Made by a program: the position numbers and the translations under genes
The notes under the pieces: model-generated
Databases searched by the model: none
What the model was told of the DNA's origin: nothing
The model's input: the letters and a program-made list of their open reading frames with translations, nothing else
Shown: positions 16,917 through 27,147 of the stretch, one piece after another
How the letters are laid out: each line of letters starts with the position of its first letter
Position numbering within the stretch: the stretch's first letter is position 1
Virus record (IMG/VR): IMGVR_UViG_3300050821_002540
Coordinates: 1 to 64,000 of that record
Direction: 5' to 3' (one strand)
DNA length: 64,000 nucleotides
Origin: a virus

Positions 16917-17762
16917 ATGGAAACCACTCAGACAGTCCTGCTCAGCCATCTCCACCCGAACCCAGCCAACCCCCGCGTGGAAGCTGGGGATGTAACTGAT
17001 CTTGCCCTTTCAATCAGGGAACAGGGCATAGTACATGACATCCTTGTCCGTCCCTCTCCTGAATTTGGAGTGGGCCACTTCGTAATTGAGGATGGATTCC
17101 GGCGCTGGGTGGCGGCCGAGGGTAACGCGAGGATGGGGCTAGGTCCTGAGACAGTTCAGGTACGCATCCGGTCGCTGAAGCCAGGCGAGAATTATGCCGT
17201 GCGCGAGGTTGTTACATCACTCGTAACAACAATCCATCGTACTGACCTCAGGGCAATGGAGAAGGCACACGCATTCGAGGCCCTGATGAGGGAGACCGGC
17301 AAGAACCAGTCGGAAGTTGCCAGGATGATTGGCGTGAATTCCAGTACGGTAGGTCGGTACCTTTCACTTCTGGAGCTAGCGCCACAGGCACAGAAACGAG
17401 TGTCCGATGGAACACTCAGCGTAGAGGACGCAATAGATGCGGTTATTAAGCATCGAGCAAAGGCAAGGAAGGACAAGGGACAGGCTGCAGTTGACCCTGG
17501 CTGGGAGCCACTCTACCTCGCGAAGACGCACCCTCTTGCAAAGAAGGCTCGAACAATGTGCGATGCCAGGGAGCATAATAATCGCCGTCGCCTAGATGGC
17601 GTAGCCTGCGGGCAGTGCTTCGAGACTGTTATACGTCAGGACCAGAGCACAGTAGACAGGATGGAGTACAATGAGGCTTTCAAGAATGCCGGACTCAGCG
17701 TCCCATTCACCGCTCCAATCTTCCTGACCGGCGAGGATGCCAGCAAGAATGGACAGCCATGA
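16917..17762 (+). CDS. ParB/Srx-domain protein with HTH
   Basis: LHPNPANPR, LALSIREQGI, IEDGFRRWVAA; HTH NQSEVARMIGVNSSTVGRYL. Confidence 0.85.
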   Translation: METTQTVLLSHLHPNPANPRVEAGDVTDLALSIREQGIVHDILVRPSPEFGVGHFVIEDGFRRWVAAEGNARMGLGPETVQVRIRSLKPGENYAVREVVTSLVTTIHRTDLRAMEKAHAFEALMRETGKNQSEVARMIGVNSSTVGRYLSLLELAPQAQKRVSDGTLSVEDAIDAVIKHRAKARKDKGQAAVDPGWEPLYLAKTHPLAKKARTMCDAREHNNRRRLDGVACGQCFETVIRQDQSTVDRMEYNEAFKNAGLSVPFTAPIFLTGEDASKNGQP

Positions 17763-17889
17763 GGCCGCACAGGTTTAATCCTGACCAGCGCGTCTCGACT
17801 GGTGAGATTTGCGTGTGCGGAGGGTCAAGAAACTACCGGGCACATCAGCCTTGGTGGTGGCTCATTCTGAACAGGAAGAAGTGGTGGAG

Positions 17890-18696
17890 ATGAAGGACAA
17901 CGTATACATCGTGACGCGGGACCGGCTCGACAACCTGGAGAAGATCATACCACGCTGGCTGGAACAGTACTTCTATGTCACACTGGTAATCGAACATTCC
18001 GAGTACATGAAGCACGATGCCCTCATCCGTGGCATGGGCGTTTATGATGATATTGCAATAATCAGCCCAAAGGCGGAAAATAAGGGCATCGGTCATGCCC
18101 GGAAGTATGCAGTTACAAATGCCTGCCTTCGCGGGCTGCGGTCATTTATTATGTCTGATGATGATCTCCGTCCGCACAAGGACTCGGTGATGGCCGACCT
18201 GGTAAAAGAAGCTGAAAAGCCAAATGTCCTTGGCATCGGGGCGACAAGGCCGCTACATGACAGGTTCTCGCACAACATGACGAGGGACCGGGATGATGTC
18301 ATTATATGTCCTGGTGGCTGGGGCATGCAGGTCTTTGCGCTGAACGTCAGGAACACAGTCGATGTCGGCAACTTCAACCCTCGCCTTGACTGCTGGGGCG
18401 AGGATCACGAGCTGATGCGTGACGGGATTGTTTGTGGCTTCCCCTGGCTCGTACACTGTGGAGTGAAGTGTGAGCCTATCGGGGTGCGCTATGATCCTGG
18501 TGGCCTACACTCGTACATCGGCAAGGGTAACAGGTCAGAGCGCGAGTTGGAGTGTCGTAAGCTCATCTATGAGCGCTGGGGGAATTACGTAAGCAAGCCT
18601 GACAAGAGGCCGCGTACAGCATGGGCCAGAATGATGGATGAATACATTCCTAACTGGCGTAGCAAGTCAGCAATCCACGGCGGTGAATGGCAGTAG
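17890..18696 (+). CDS. GT-A glycosyltransferase, TAGT/GREB1/base-J glucosyltransferase-like (DNA base modification)
   Basis: VYIVTRDR, GIGHARKYA, MSDDD, GEDHEL, PGGL and C-terminal ERWG motifs. Confidence 0.7.
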   Translation: MKDNVYIVTRDRLDNLEKIIPRWLEQYFYVTLVIEHSEYMKHDALIRGMGVYDDIAIISPKAENKGIGHARKYAVTNACLRGLRSFIMSDDDLRPHKDSVMADLVKEAEKPNVLGIGATRPLHDRFSHNMTRDRDDVIICPGGWGMQVFALNVRNTVDVGNFNPRLDCWGEDHELMRDGIVCGFPWLVHCGVKCEPIGVRYDPGGLHSYIGKGNRSERELECRKLIYERWGNYVSKPDKRPRTAWARMMDEYIPNWRSKSAIHGGEWQ

Positions 18697-18722
18697 ACTC
18701 CAGCGATCCTGTAAGGTATACT
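18694..18722 (+). promoter_or_regulatory. Promoter TAGACT-N17-TATACT
   Basis: Repeated consensus with a GGAGGCGAG RBS downstream. Confidence 0.7.
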
Positions 18723-18761
18723 AGTTCTAGGGCCGTCCCCGGCCGCAGTAGGAGGCGAGAA

Positions 18762-18977
18762 ATGCCACAGTTCATTGTTACGGTTAAGCTCCATCGACTT
18801 CCTGAACACGATCCAAGGAGCAAGAAGACGGGGCCGTGCCCGGTAAGCGGCGGCAACTGCACTGACGTTACCGGGGAGCACCACAGCTACCTGCAGGAAG
18901 CCGTCACGTCTGATGATGCCGCAAGAATTGCTCGGGAGCAATGGACTCACGTCACCCGAGTCGAGCAGGTGTCATGA
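18762..18977 (+). CDS. Small Cys/His protein
   Basis: GGAGGCGAG RBS. Confidence 0.65.
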   Translation: MPQFIVTVKLHRLPEHDPRSKKTGPCPVSGGNCTDVTGEHHSYLQEAVTSDDAARIAREQWTHVTRVEQVS

Positions 18978-19183
18978 TGCCAACGTACGAATATCATTAC
19001 AATACGTACGAGGAAGCAATGAAGGCTGTCGATGTGGCGGTAGAGGAAACGCTCAGTGACAATCCACACCTAAAGGCACAGGAAGACGATATCTTCCATG
19101 ATGTAGTACAGGCCATAATGCCTGACTGCACTCCAGAGGTGGAGGCCGAGATATCAAGGGTGACAGGAGTTCCCCGGCTGTGA
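18974..19183 (+). CDS. Small acidic protein
   Basis: ATGA coupling. Confidence 0.6.
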   Translation: MMPTYEYHYNTYEEAMKAVDVAVEETLSDNPHLKAQEDDIFHDVVQAIMPDCTPEVEAEISRVTGVPRL

Positions 19184-19455
19184 AGATTGAAGTGTGGGTT
19201 AGTCCTGAAGGCGTACACCACCAGTATCAGGTCGGGTATCCGTGCTTCACGTGCGGTAATTCACATAGTGACCCGTCTGTTGAATTCATAGACCAGGTAG
19301 CCGAGGCCATCCTATCCGAGACAGAGGGGGATCTGGACAAGGCAATAATTATAGCCGACATGGTCAAGTATGCGCTCCAGCGTAGGAGCATACAGCAGCA
19401 CGTATGGCCATCTATACCTATACCACTGACACACGAATACAGAATAGATTGGTGA
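19180..19455 (+). CDS. Hypothetical protein
   Basis: GTGA coupling. Confidence 0.55.
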   Translation: MKIEVWVSPEGVHHQYQVGYPCFTCGNSHSDPSVEFIDQVAEAILSETEGDLDKAIIIADMVKYALQRRSIQQHVWPSIPIPLTHEYRIDW

Positions 19456-19616
19456 AGGGGCCGTAATGAGGAATGGTGCCAGGGGATGGAAGGTCGATGA
19501 GACCATCACTGAGATCCCTGAAGAGGATAAGGGCAATGTTATCAGCCGGGATGACCCGGAGCCATCACGCAAGGATGACCCCACCTACTACACAGGCCCG
19601 GCAGGCGGTGACTGAT

Positions 19617-19817
19617 GTGACACTCAAGGAAACAAAGCTAGAGATTGAGAATACAATAAGGGTGAGGATTAAGGACAGGATGCCAGTTGCAGACCTTGTT
19701 CTGCCACCCAACCCCATCAGCATCATAGTGGTAGGCAAGAGCGCCGACAACCTCCAGGCCCGCATAGTCTACCGGGACTGTGCCCCCTACTACATCAATG
19801 TGAGCAAGATACGTTGA
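19617..19817 (+). CDS. Hypothetical protein
   Basis: 3' part of ORF 19473-19817, coupled to the helicase. Confidence 0.45.
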   Translation: MTLKETKLEIENTIRVRIKDRMPVADLVLPPNPISIIVVGKSADNLQARIVYRDCAPYYINVSKIR

Positions 19818-21742
19818 CAGTACAGATAAGAATTGACGGCAAGAGGATTCTTGCTATTGTTCCGTACAGGGGCGGCCGAGGGTCCATACAGGCAAAGCAG
19901 GTGCCTGGCGTTAAGGCAAAGTGGGACAAAGAAAAGTTTGTCGGATGGACCTACCCGCTCAGCCTAAATTCTTGCTATGCCCTCCGTCGTGTCTTCGGTG
20001 AGGAACTTGAGATCTCAGATGGCCTTGCTAAATGGGCACGTGCCGAGATCATCAAGAATAATACGCTTGAGGATTTCAGGGAAGAGGCGATTGCCAGCCA
20101 GACATTTGACCAGCTTGCGGAAGAGGCTCCGCAACTGTACCTTGCGATGGCGTCGCGGGAGTATCAGCTAGCAGGGACAGCATTCCTGGTAGCGGGTGGT
20201 CAAACGATACTCGGTGATGAGCCGGGACTAGGCAAGACACTGCAGGCACTAGGTGCTATCATCCAGAATGACGCAAAGACAATCCTCGTGGTGTGTCCTC
20301 GTACCGCAACACGTACAGTATGGGAACGCGAGACTGGTCGCTGGACTCCTAGCATAGCGACGTTTGTTGCTCAGGGAACACATGCCCAGCGTGAGGCTGT
20401 CATGAGCCGATTCTCAGACCATTCTGTCCTGATACCGGGGACACGAAAGATGCTCATAGTCAATACTGAGATGATTAGGGCAAAGAAGAGGGAAGTATGC
20501 CCGGAAGGGCTTGACCCCAAGTGGTGTGATGACAGGCCATTCGAGGCACGCGGCGATCACAGGCACCACTATGAGGTAGAGCCTGAATGGCCATTCCTCA
20601 GCGAGCAGGCATGGGATGCAATAATACTTGACGAGTCCCACAACGCACTCGCGTCCACCGCCAACGTACAGAGCAAGAGGATTACCCTTGCCAGGCGCGG
20701 AGCCGTCAGGATCAGGAAGCGTCTCAGGAAGGGTGGACTAGCAGTAGCAGTCAGTGGGACGCCATTCCGGTCTGACCTAAGTAAGTCCTGGGGGACACTT
20801 AACTGGCTGAGGCCTGATGTGTTTAAGGGGTACTGGAGTTTTGCCGAACATCACTTCGGTGTTACATACAATGGCATCGCAAAAGTTGTTGGCAGGATCG
20901 AGGATGGCAGGCAGATTGTCGAGCCACTAGACCAGGAGGAATTTGACCGTGCGCTACGTCCATACTACCTCGCGCGGAGAAAAAGTGACGTGGTCCCTGA
21001 CCTACCACCAATCATATATGCGGGCACTCCACCAGAAGGATTCCCCGATGGGCCATGTTACGTACGGCTTGATATGGAATCCAAGCAAGCTAAGGCGTAT
21101 CGCCAGATGGAGGCTAACTCGGAGGCTGACCTCAATGGTGGTAGAGTACTTGCTAACGGAGTCCTTGCCGAGATCACTCGACTGAGGCAGTTTGCAAGCA
21201 GCTACGCACGGATAGCCGGGCCGGGTCACGTCATACCGGACACCCCAAGCAACAAGATCGACTGGATCTCTGACTTCATGTATGAGCGTGAGGGTGGAGA
21301 TGGCAAAGTTGTTATTGCCAGTAGCTTCACACAGCTAGTCGAGATGACAGCGGCTATGCTCCGTAAGGACAAGTGGGAAGTCCTCACGCTTACCGGGGCT
21401 ACCAGCGACAAGAACAGAGCCATCCTTCAGCGAAGGTTCAATGACCAGGATGATCCTCTCCGTGTAGTTGCCATAAATACCAAGGCTGGCGGTGAGGCAA
21501 TAACGCTCGACGCTGCCGATGACATGATAGTCATTGACATGCCCTGGACCAGCGATGAGTTCAAGCAGCTAGAGAACCGCATACACCGCGTCTCCCGCAT
21601 ACATCAGGTAACAGTCTACCGCCTGATAAGCAATGACACCATCGAGGAATGGATCGCTGACATGTCAGAGGAACAGCGAGCAATCCTTGAGGCTGCTAGC
21701 CCACGCAAGCTCAGCGAGATGATCAGAGAGGCACGAAGATGA
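19814..21742 (+). CDS. SNF2-family (SF2) DNA helicase
   Basis: GDEPGLGKT, ILDESH, SGTP, GGEAITL and QLENRIHR motifs. Confidence 0.92.
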   Translation: MTVQIRIDGKRILAIVPYRGGRGSIQAKQVPGVKAKWDKEKFVGWTYPLSLNSCYALRRVFGEELEISDGLAKWARAEIIKNNTLEDFREEAIASQTFDQLAEEAPQLYLAMASREYQLAGTAFLVAGGQTILGDEPGLGKTLQALGAIIQNDAKTILVVCPRTATRTVWERETGRWTPSIATFVAQGTHAQREAVMSRFSDHSVLIPGTRKMLIVNTEMIRAKKREVCPEGLDPKWCDDRPFEARGDHRHHYEVEPEWPFLSEQAWDAIILDESHNALASTANVQSKRITLARRGAVRIRKRLRKGGLAVAVSGTPFRSDLSKSWGTLNWLRPDVFKGYWSFAEHHFGVTYNGIAKVVGRIEDGRQIVEPLDQEEFDRALRPYYLARRKSDVVPDLPPIIYAGTPPEGFPDGPCYVRLDMESKQAKAYRQMEANSEADLNGGRVLANGVLAEITRLRQFASSYARIAGPGHVIPDTPSNKIDWISDFMYEREGGDGKVVIASSFTQLVEMTAAMLRKDKWEVLTLTGATSDKNRAILQRRFNDQDDPLRVVAINTKAGGEAITLDAADDMIVIDMPWTSDEFKQLENRIHRVSRIHQVTVYRLISNDTIEEWIADMSEEQRAILEAASPRKLSEMIREARR

Positions 21743-21954
21743 CCGATATGCGTAATGTCAGGAATGCTATCGCACGTGTGCGGTCAAACCTCAGGAACGT
21801 CGAGCATGAAGCCGTTCTTGGCAACAGTAATGGTGCGTTTGCCTCTGCCCAGGATGCCTGGCAGAATGCCTTTGACCTCATGCAGCTATTCGCCCTCACG
21901 GATGATGAGCTGGCAAAGGCAAAACCTGGAGCCAATGACCCGGAGACAAATTAA
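21739..21954 (+). CDS. Hypothetical protein
   Basis: ATGA coupling. Confidence 0.55.
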   Translation: MTDMRNVRNAIARVRSNLRNVEHEAVLGNSNGAFASAQDAWQNAFDLMQLFALTDDELAKAKPGANDPETN

Positions 21955-22322
21955 TGTCAGATAGTGACGATAAGTTCCGCGAGTGGTTTGGTGCCAATGA
22001 GGGGAAACTCAGGCTTCCATGGAACACAGACTCACTCCGTGCTGCCTGGGAGGCCGGCAGGAAGTCGAGGGATAAGGAGATTGAATTTCTCCGAACGGTC
22101 ACAGAACAGGGATGGGAATGACCTGGGAGACTGCTAATCCATGGGCCATTGTCGATATCGAGGCTCGGCCGCAGGTAGTTGTTACCAGGTATGAGAGCAA
22201 GGCAATGGCAACATGGTACCTCGGCTACCTACTTGCGCACGGGGCTGCGTCTACGCAGGCGAAACTCAGGCGCGGCGGGTACGGCATCGAGGAAAATTCT
22301 CGGAAGATGATGGCTGAAAAGG

Positions 22323-22351
22323 TAGCGTCAGCTCGCCGGATGGACTATACT
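22323..22351 (+). promoter_or_regulatory. Promoter TAGCGT-N17-TATACT
   Basis: Consensus spacing; lies inside ORF 22112 upstream of ATG 22409. Confidence 0.6.
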
Positions 22352-22408
22352 AAGGGTAACGCTAAGCCACGAACCACCAACGTAGAAAACAAGGGAAAGG
22401 TCACAACC

Positions 22409-22861
22409 ATGCCACCTCGCGGACGTAAGGGTGCTGCTGTTCCGGTCGAGCCAGAGGAAGTGCTTGAGGAAGAGAATGGTGCCGGCTTGTTCGATCATCA
22501 CCTGACCAAGGACCTCAGCCCTACGATGTCAACCTACGCGGACTGGTTCCACGCCAACGTAGCGGACATCGACCAGCTAGGCAAGGATGACCCGGCTCGA
22601 CTGCTTGCCCTAGGCAGCACGCTGTACCCGCACTTCCAGAAGTCCCCGGAGAACCAGGCTGCCCGTGCAGAGCGAAAGGCTGCGCGTGCCGTCGCTGTCG
22701 AGCCTGAGCCCGAGCCTGAGCCTGAGCCTGTTGCTCAGCCTGCGCGCCGGGGCCGTCCCTCCACCAAGGCTGCGGCTGCGGCACCGGCTGCTGCTCCTGC
22801 AGCCAAGGCCCCCGCTCGTCGGCGCGGTGCCGCCCCGGCTGCGGCCGAGGCACCCTACTAG
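22409..22861 (+). CDS. Ala/Pro/Arg-rich probable nucleic-acid-binding protein; paralog of gene 1-372
   Basis: Own promoter and AAGGGAAAGG RBS; in frame with an upstream ORF from 22118. Confidence 0.75.
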   Translation: MPPRGRKGAAVPVEPEEVLEEENGAGLFDHHLTKDLSPTMSTYADWFHANVADIDQLGKDDPARLLALGSTLYPHFQKSPENQAARAERKAARAVAVEPEPEPEPEPVAQPARRGRPSTKAAAAAPAAAPAAKAPARRRGAAPAAAEAPY

Positions 22862-22866
22862 AAAGC

Positions 22867-23171
22867 TCCTGTCCGGGGCGAAGTGACCGACCGGCTTGCC
22901 GCGTAGCCCGCAGGGGCATACGGTCTTCCCCGGACAGGACCAATGGTTGGAGCACCTGGATCACTGATCAGCTCCAGGTCCACGGAGGGCAGCATGCGAG
23001 AGCCGTGCTTCCGGCAGGGGTCAAACCCCAAGCCCTCCACGCAGGCCGTGGGATCCCAAGGGTGTAGCGAGAACGGCTCTGGGTATTGGCGGTTCGATTC
23101 CGCCCCGCTACACCCACCTAAACGTCCAGCCCCTGGTGGCAACCATGGTCGGGTGCCGGGGGCTGGACCCA
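22867..23171 (+). ncRNA. Array of five stem-loop or tRNA-fragment-like RNAs, each ending in CCA
   Basis: 7-13 bp closing stems; T-arm motifs GGCGG-TTCGATT-CCGCC and GGGG-TCAAA-CCCC. Confidence 0.55.
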
Positions 23172-23241
23172 GGGGCGTTGGTGTATGGGTAGCACGCTTA
23201 GGTTTGATCTAAGAGCACCAGGTTCGAGTCCTGCAGCCCCA
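23172..23241 (+). tRNA. tRNA-Gln(TTG)-like gene, imperfect
   Basis: D arm GTGT-ATGGGTA-GCAC; anticodon arm CTTAG-GTTTGAT-CTAAG; T loop TTCGAGT; only 5 acceptor pairs. Confidence 0.6.
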
Positions 23242-23262
23242 CGGCCAATAACTGGAGGAACA

Positions 23263-23535
23263 ATGATGACATGGGGCCGTACGTACTGGCCGATCTTCCT
23301 GGACATCTCCTCAATATGGGTGCTACTTGGCTTCGGAGTGCCCGAGGCAATAGCACTCATCAATCACAAGCTACATGTAGATGACACACTCTCCTACTAT
23401 GCCCGTACCGAGCTACATATCAGTGTAGCGACAGCGGCTACGGCGCACACACTTGCATGGTACCTCTCATTCATCGTGTGGATGTCATTCGTCATATTCA
23501 TCACAGCCCACATCTGGTTCGACCAGTTCGGATAA
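23263..23535 (+). CDS. Two-TM membrane protein
   Basis: GGAGG RBS; two hydrophobic segments. Confidence 0.7.
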   Translation: MMTWGRTYWPIFLDISSIWVLLGFGVPEAIALINHKLHVDDTLSYYARTELHISVATAATAHTLAWYLSFIVWMSFVIFITAHIWFDQFG

Positions 23536-23645
23536 TGAAAGAAACTCGCCCACAGGGACCACCGTGTGTGAGCGGTGCGGAAGAACGGCTAGCCAGGATG
23601 CGATCGGCCAGGCGTGCCTAACTCGCGGCACCATGAGGGAGACAA

Positions 23646-24626
23646 ATGACTGGACTGCCACTAGTAACTACAACGTCTCGCTCGACGTTCCGGCGCTGCC
23701 CACAGAAGTGGGTATGGCGATTTGAGGATGGCCTAACTCAAAAAGGTGAGACCGCTGATGCCCTGTGGTTTGGTACTGGAGTCCATGAAGCTCTTGCTAA
23801 GTGGTACCTGAGGGGTGCGCGACGCGGGCCGCGACCTGCTGATACATTTGACAACTGGTGCTCCAATGAGATGCGCGAGATTCGTGCATCCCGCGAGGAA
23901 TGGGAAGACCAGGCTAAGTATGAGGATGCTCTTGAACTTGGCATAGCTATGCTCGACAACTACATTCAAGAGTATGGTGCTGATGATAACTGGGACATAG
24001 TTGCGATCGAGCAGCCATTCAAGATTAGGGTGACCTGGCACGGTAAGCCGGTCGCCCTGTTCATGTCTACCTGGGATGGCGTCTACCGGGACAGGAAAGA
24101 TGGCAAGCTCTACCTCCTGGAACATAAGACAGCAAGCCAGATCACCCTCCCCTACCTTGCACTTGATGATCAGGCAGGAGTGTACCTGGCCGTTGCTGAA
24201 CAGTGGCTCAAGACCAAGAACATTATGAGGCAAAATGAGCACATCGCCGGAATCATGTACAACTTCCTCAGGAAGACAATGGGTGATGACCGGGATCGGA
24301 ATGAAGGTGGAGCCTACCTAAACAAAGATGGCTCGGTAAGCAAGAAGCAGCCGCCACCACCGTTTGTCCGGAACCTAGTTGAGCGTGGCCCCGGCGAGAG
24401 CAGGACTCAGATGGAGCGACTAGCCAATGAGGTAGCTGTCATGAATGCTGTCCGAGACGGTACCATCCCAGTAACTAAGAGCACCACCAAGGACTGCACA
24501 TGGTGCGAGTTCTTTTATGTATGCACTCTCCATGAGCGTGGCAGTACCACTGCCTTCAATGAGTACGTTCGTCACGGCTTCACAAAGAAAAATCCATTCG
24601 ACCGTTACCAGAAGAGCGCAGGATGA
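23646..24626 (+). CDS. Cas4-like PD-(D/E)XK exonuclease
   Basis: FRRCPQKW, FGTGVHEALA, WDGV...LEHKT, C-terminal CTWCEFFYVC. Confidence 0.88.
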   Translation: MTGLPLVTTTSRSTFRRCPQKWVWRFEDGLTQKGETADALWFGTGVHEALAKWYLRGARRGPRPADTFDNWCSNEMREIRASREEWEDQAKYEDALELGIAMLDNYIQEYGADDNWDIVAIEQPFKIRVTWHGKPVALFMSTWDGVYRDRKDGKLYLLEHKTASQITLPYLALDDQAGVYLAVAEQWLKTKNIMRQNEHIAGIMYNFLRKTMGDDRDRNEGGAYLNKDGSVSKKQPPPPFVRNLVERGPGESRTQMERLANEVAVMNAVRDGTIPVTKSTTKDCTWCEFFYVCTLHERGSTTAFNEYVRHGFTKKNPFDRYQKSAG

Positions 24627-24874
24627 ATGCTGACGAGTACGGAAACCCTGACTTTGAGCACCCTGAGCCACCCGCGCCGGGTCTCGGCCACAACCTCTAC
24701 CATCCAGTCCCGACCGACAAATGTATCTGTACCGACGGCCCTTGTATGCTTTTGTCTGAGGAACGTAAGGTACCGACACCTTGCTCTGAAACGCCAACTC
24801 AGGAAGACCTACTCTGTGACGAATGCAGGGATAGTGATGTAAGTGGCAAGAAACATTGTCATCCATGTATGTAA
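24623..24874 (+). CDS. Small Cys-rich protein
   Basis: ATGA coupling; many Cys. Confidence 0.55.
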   Translation: MNADEYGNPDFEHPEPPAPGLGHNLYHPVPTDKCICTDGPCMLLSEERKVPTPCSETPTQEDLLCDECRDSDVSGKKHCHPCM

Positions 24875-24892
24875 TATGAAGTGGAGTAAATA

Positions 24893-25729
24893 ATGCCACC
24901 AACACGCGGGGTACGAAAGCCACGACAGGCACGATCAGGCAATCAGGCCGAGAGCCCACTCGCCATAGATGCTGACGTTGTAGAAATCAAGATCGAGGAT
25001 ATTGCCAGCTTCAGGGAGAGCAAGAACATCTGCCTCTTTGGACCGTCGGGACACGGCAAGACGACCCTCGCGAGTGGCGCTCCAAGGTCAACATTCCTGA
25101 CAACAGAAAAGGGCCTGTCCTCAGCTCAGACCGCCGGGTCAAGGTCAGGTATTATGCGTGCCTATGACTGGGAGCATATAAAGGCCGGTCTAGACCTGGC
25201 TGACGAGAAGCTTGGCGAGGATGACTGGCTTATTGTAGACAGCGCCACAAAGATGCAGGTTCTCTACATGCGCTGGATCCTACGTATGCAGAACCAGGCT
25301 AACAGTAGCCGCAGTCTTGACATTCCTGCTCTCCAGGATCACCAGCAGTACCAGAATGGTTTTAAGCGCTTCATCGATCACATCATTGATGCCAAGTACA
25401 ACTCAATAGTCATCTTCGGAGAGATGGAGATCCCTGGTGAGGATGATGAGATGGAGCGCGTACCTCACATTGAGGGCGGCAAGACGTTCCAGGTATGCCG
25501 GTATGTCATAGGACAGTTTGACGTGGGCATCCGGTACTCCGTTAGCCGGAAGCTAAGCGGTCCAGGCGATACAAAGCGGATCGCCCTAACCCAGCCCACT
25601 GACCAGTACTGGGCCAAGGACCGATACAGTGCCCTCGGTGACTACCAGATAGTAGAGCCGGGTGAGTATGATGCCATGGCACAGTTCATCGAGATGATAT
25701 ATGAGTCACGAGGGGAGGTAGTCAAGTGA
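24893..25729 (+). CDS. AAA_24/Sak4-like RecA-fold ATPase (recombination)
   Basis: GPSGHGKTT, IVDSAT and AKDR; lies between the exonuclease and SSB. Confidence 0.85.
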   Translation: MPPTRGVRKPRQARSGNQAESPLAIDADVVEIKIEDIASFRESKNICLFGPSGHGKTTLASGAPRSTFLTTEKGLSSAQTAGSRSGIMRAYDWEHIKAGLDLADEKLGEDDWLIVDSATKMQVLYMRWILRMQNQANSSRSLDIPALQDHQQYQNGFKRFIDHIIDAKYNSIVIFGEMEIPGEDDEMERVPHIEGGKTFQVCRYVIGQFDVGIRYSVSRKLSGPGDTKRIALTQPTDQYWAKDRYSALGDYQIVEPGEYDAMAQFIEMIYESRGEVVK

Positions 25730-25892
25730 GGTATGACACGCTTATGCTGGCAATCGAACGTTTCCTTGACCGGAAGCAAGAACAGACCGGCGAGAAGTGC
25801 GAGAACCCAAAGTGCATGATATGTAATAGCACATATGCTAACCCGGCAGGGACAATGCACTGGTGGCCAGTAGGAAAGGTTAGGTCATACAT

Positions 25893-26105
25893 TTGACGCA
25901 CAGGTGTATGCTTGGATCGTGTGGATGGGCCAGTCCCGATGAGCCAGATCAGTTCTCGGGGTGTAGGGCAACCTGGCATATCTTCGAGGATCACCCAGAT
26001 GTTTGGCTCAGGACATTCGGTGACAGAAAGCCGGTGGACCCAGACCCACGCACCGATGAGGGCATGATGGCAATCAGGGTAAACATCATACTATCTGGAG
26101 GATAA
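25893..26105 (+). CDS. Small Cys/His protein
   Basis: C...C.W...WH...DHP; coupled. Confidence 0.5.
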   Translation: MTHRCMLGSCGWASPDEPDQFSGCRATWHIFEDHPDVWLRTFGDRKPVDPDPRTDEGMMAIRVNIILSGG

Positions 26106-26330
26106 GTGCCCCCTAGACGGCAGAAGCCCGAGTCCGGTAGGGTATCGATAGTCGATGCCGACACGATGCTCATGCAACAGTTTAGGCTCCACTGTCAGAA
26201 GCGCCACCCACAGATGAAGTTCTGGTCAATAGGCGAGCATATCGCAGACCACAGGCTTCATGATGACTCTCTTAACCATATCCACACCAAGGAAGCACCA
26301 ACAGAAGAGGAAGGCAGCACAGATGCCTAA
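26106..26330 (+). CDS. Small His-rich protein; paralog of 35590 gene
   Basis: DAD.M....F.LH...RH...H.RLH pattern shared with 35590-35808. Confidence 0.6.
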   Translation: MPPRRQKPESGRVSIVDADTMLMQQFRLHCQKRHPQMKFWSIGEHIADHRLHDDSLNHIHTKEAPTEEEGSTDA

Positions 26331-27147
26331 GCTCCGCAAGGAAGAGACAGAAGACATGGATGTAGCTGAGCTGGAGGCCGCTGAGTACAGCGACGAGCAG
26401 TTCAGCAAGTATGGCGGGGATGTCCCGCCGAACGACACGATCCTCAGGGCCAAGGTGTCCAAGATGTGGTGGTCCCGTACAAATGCAGGTGACCCCATGC
26501 TTGTCGCCCTCGTTGAGGCGGATGAGAATGAAGGTCTTCTCGGTGAGTACAACGGACTCCCCTGCTGGGAGCGGATGTCGCTAACTACAGGAGCCAAGTT
26601 CAAGTGGGCACCATTCCTGGAGCACTTCGGCCTCTCGATCAGGGACGTCAAGGGAAAGATCATCCTTGAATCTGATGAGGACGACAGCATTGGCGCCCCG
26701 ATCGTGAAGATCGACAAATTCGCACCAGGCTCGGAAGATGCATGGTGCCGGATTATCATCCAGCGCGAGAAGTACAATGACAACTGGCAGGCTCACGTAG
26801 CAGGCTGGCTCCCCTACGATGAGGATGAGGAGCCTCAGGATGCAGACGAGGAACTGGAAGATGAGGATGATGACCTGGAGGATGAGGATGATGCAGAGGA
26901 CGAGGAGGCTGAGGAGTCCGTCCCAGTGGTAGCGAAGCGGGGGAGGCAGCCCGCTAGGAGCGCTTCTAAGGCCGCCGCAGCCCCGGCCGCTACCCCTACC
27001 CGCGCGGCGGGTCGCAAGCCCGCTCCGGCCGCGTCCGCCCCGGCCAGGGCTAGGCAGTCCCGTACGGCTACCGCCGCGAAGCCCGCCCCGGCCCCTGCGC
27101 GGCGGGGACGCCGCCCCGCCACCGAGGACAATGAGCCTCCTTTCTAG
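26323..27147 (+). CDS. Single-stranded DNA-binding protein-like, with acidic and Ala/Pro/Arg tail
   Basis: Position after the Sak4-like ATPase; acidic tract; C-terminal EPPF. Confidence 0.7.
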   Translation: MPKLRKEETEDMDVAELEAAEYSDEQFSKYGGDVPPNDTILRAKVSKMWWSRTNAGDPMLVALVEADENEGLLGEYNGLPCWERMSLTTGAKFKWAPFLEHFGLSIRDVKGKIILESDEDDSIGAPIVKIDKFAPGSEDAWCRIIIQREKYNDNWQAHVAGWLPYDEDEEPQDADEELEDEDDDLEDEDDAEDEEAEESVPVVAKRGRQPARSASKAAAAPAATPTRAAGRKPAPAASAPARARQSRTATAAKPAPAPARRGRRPATEDNEPPF

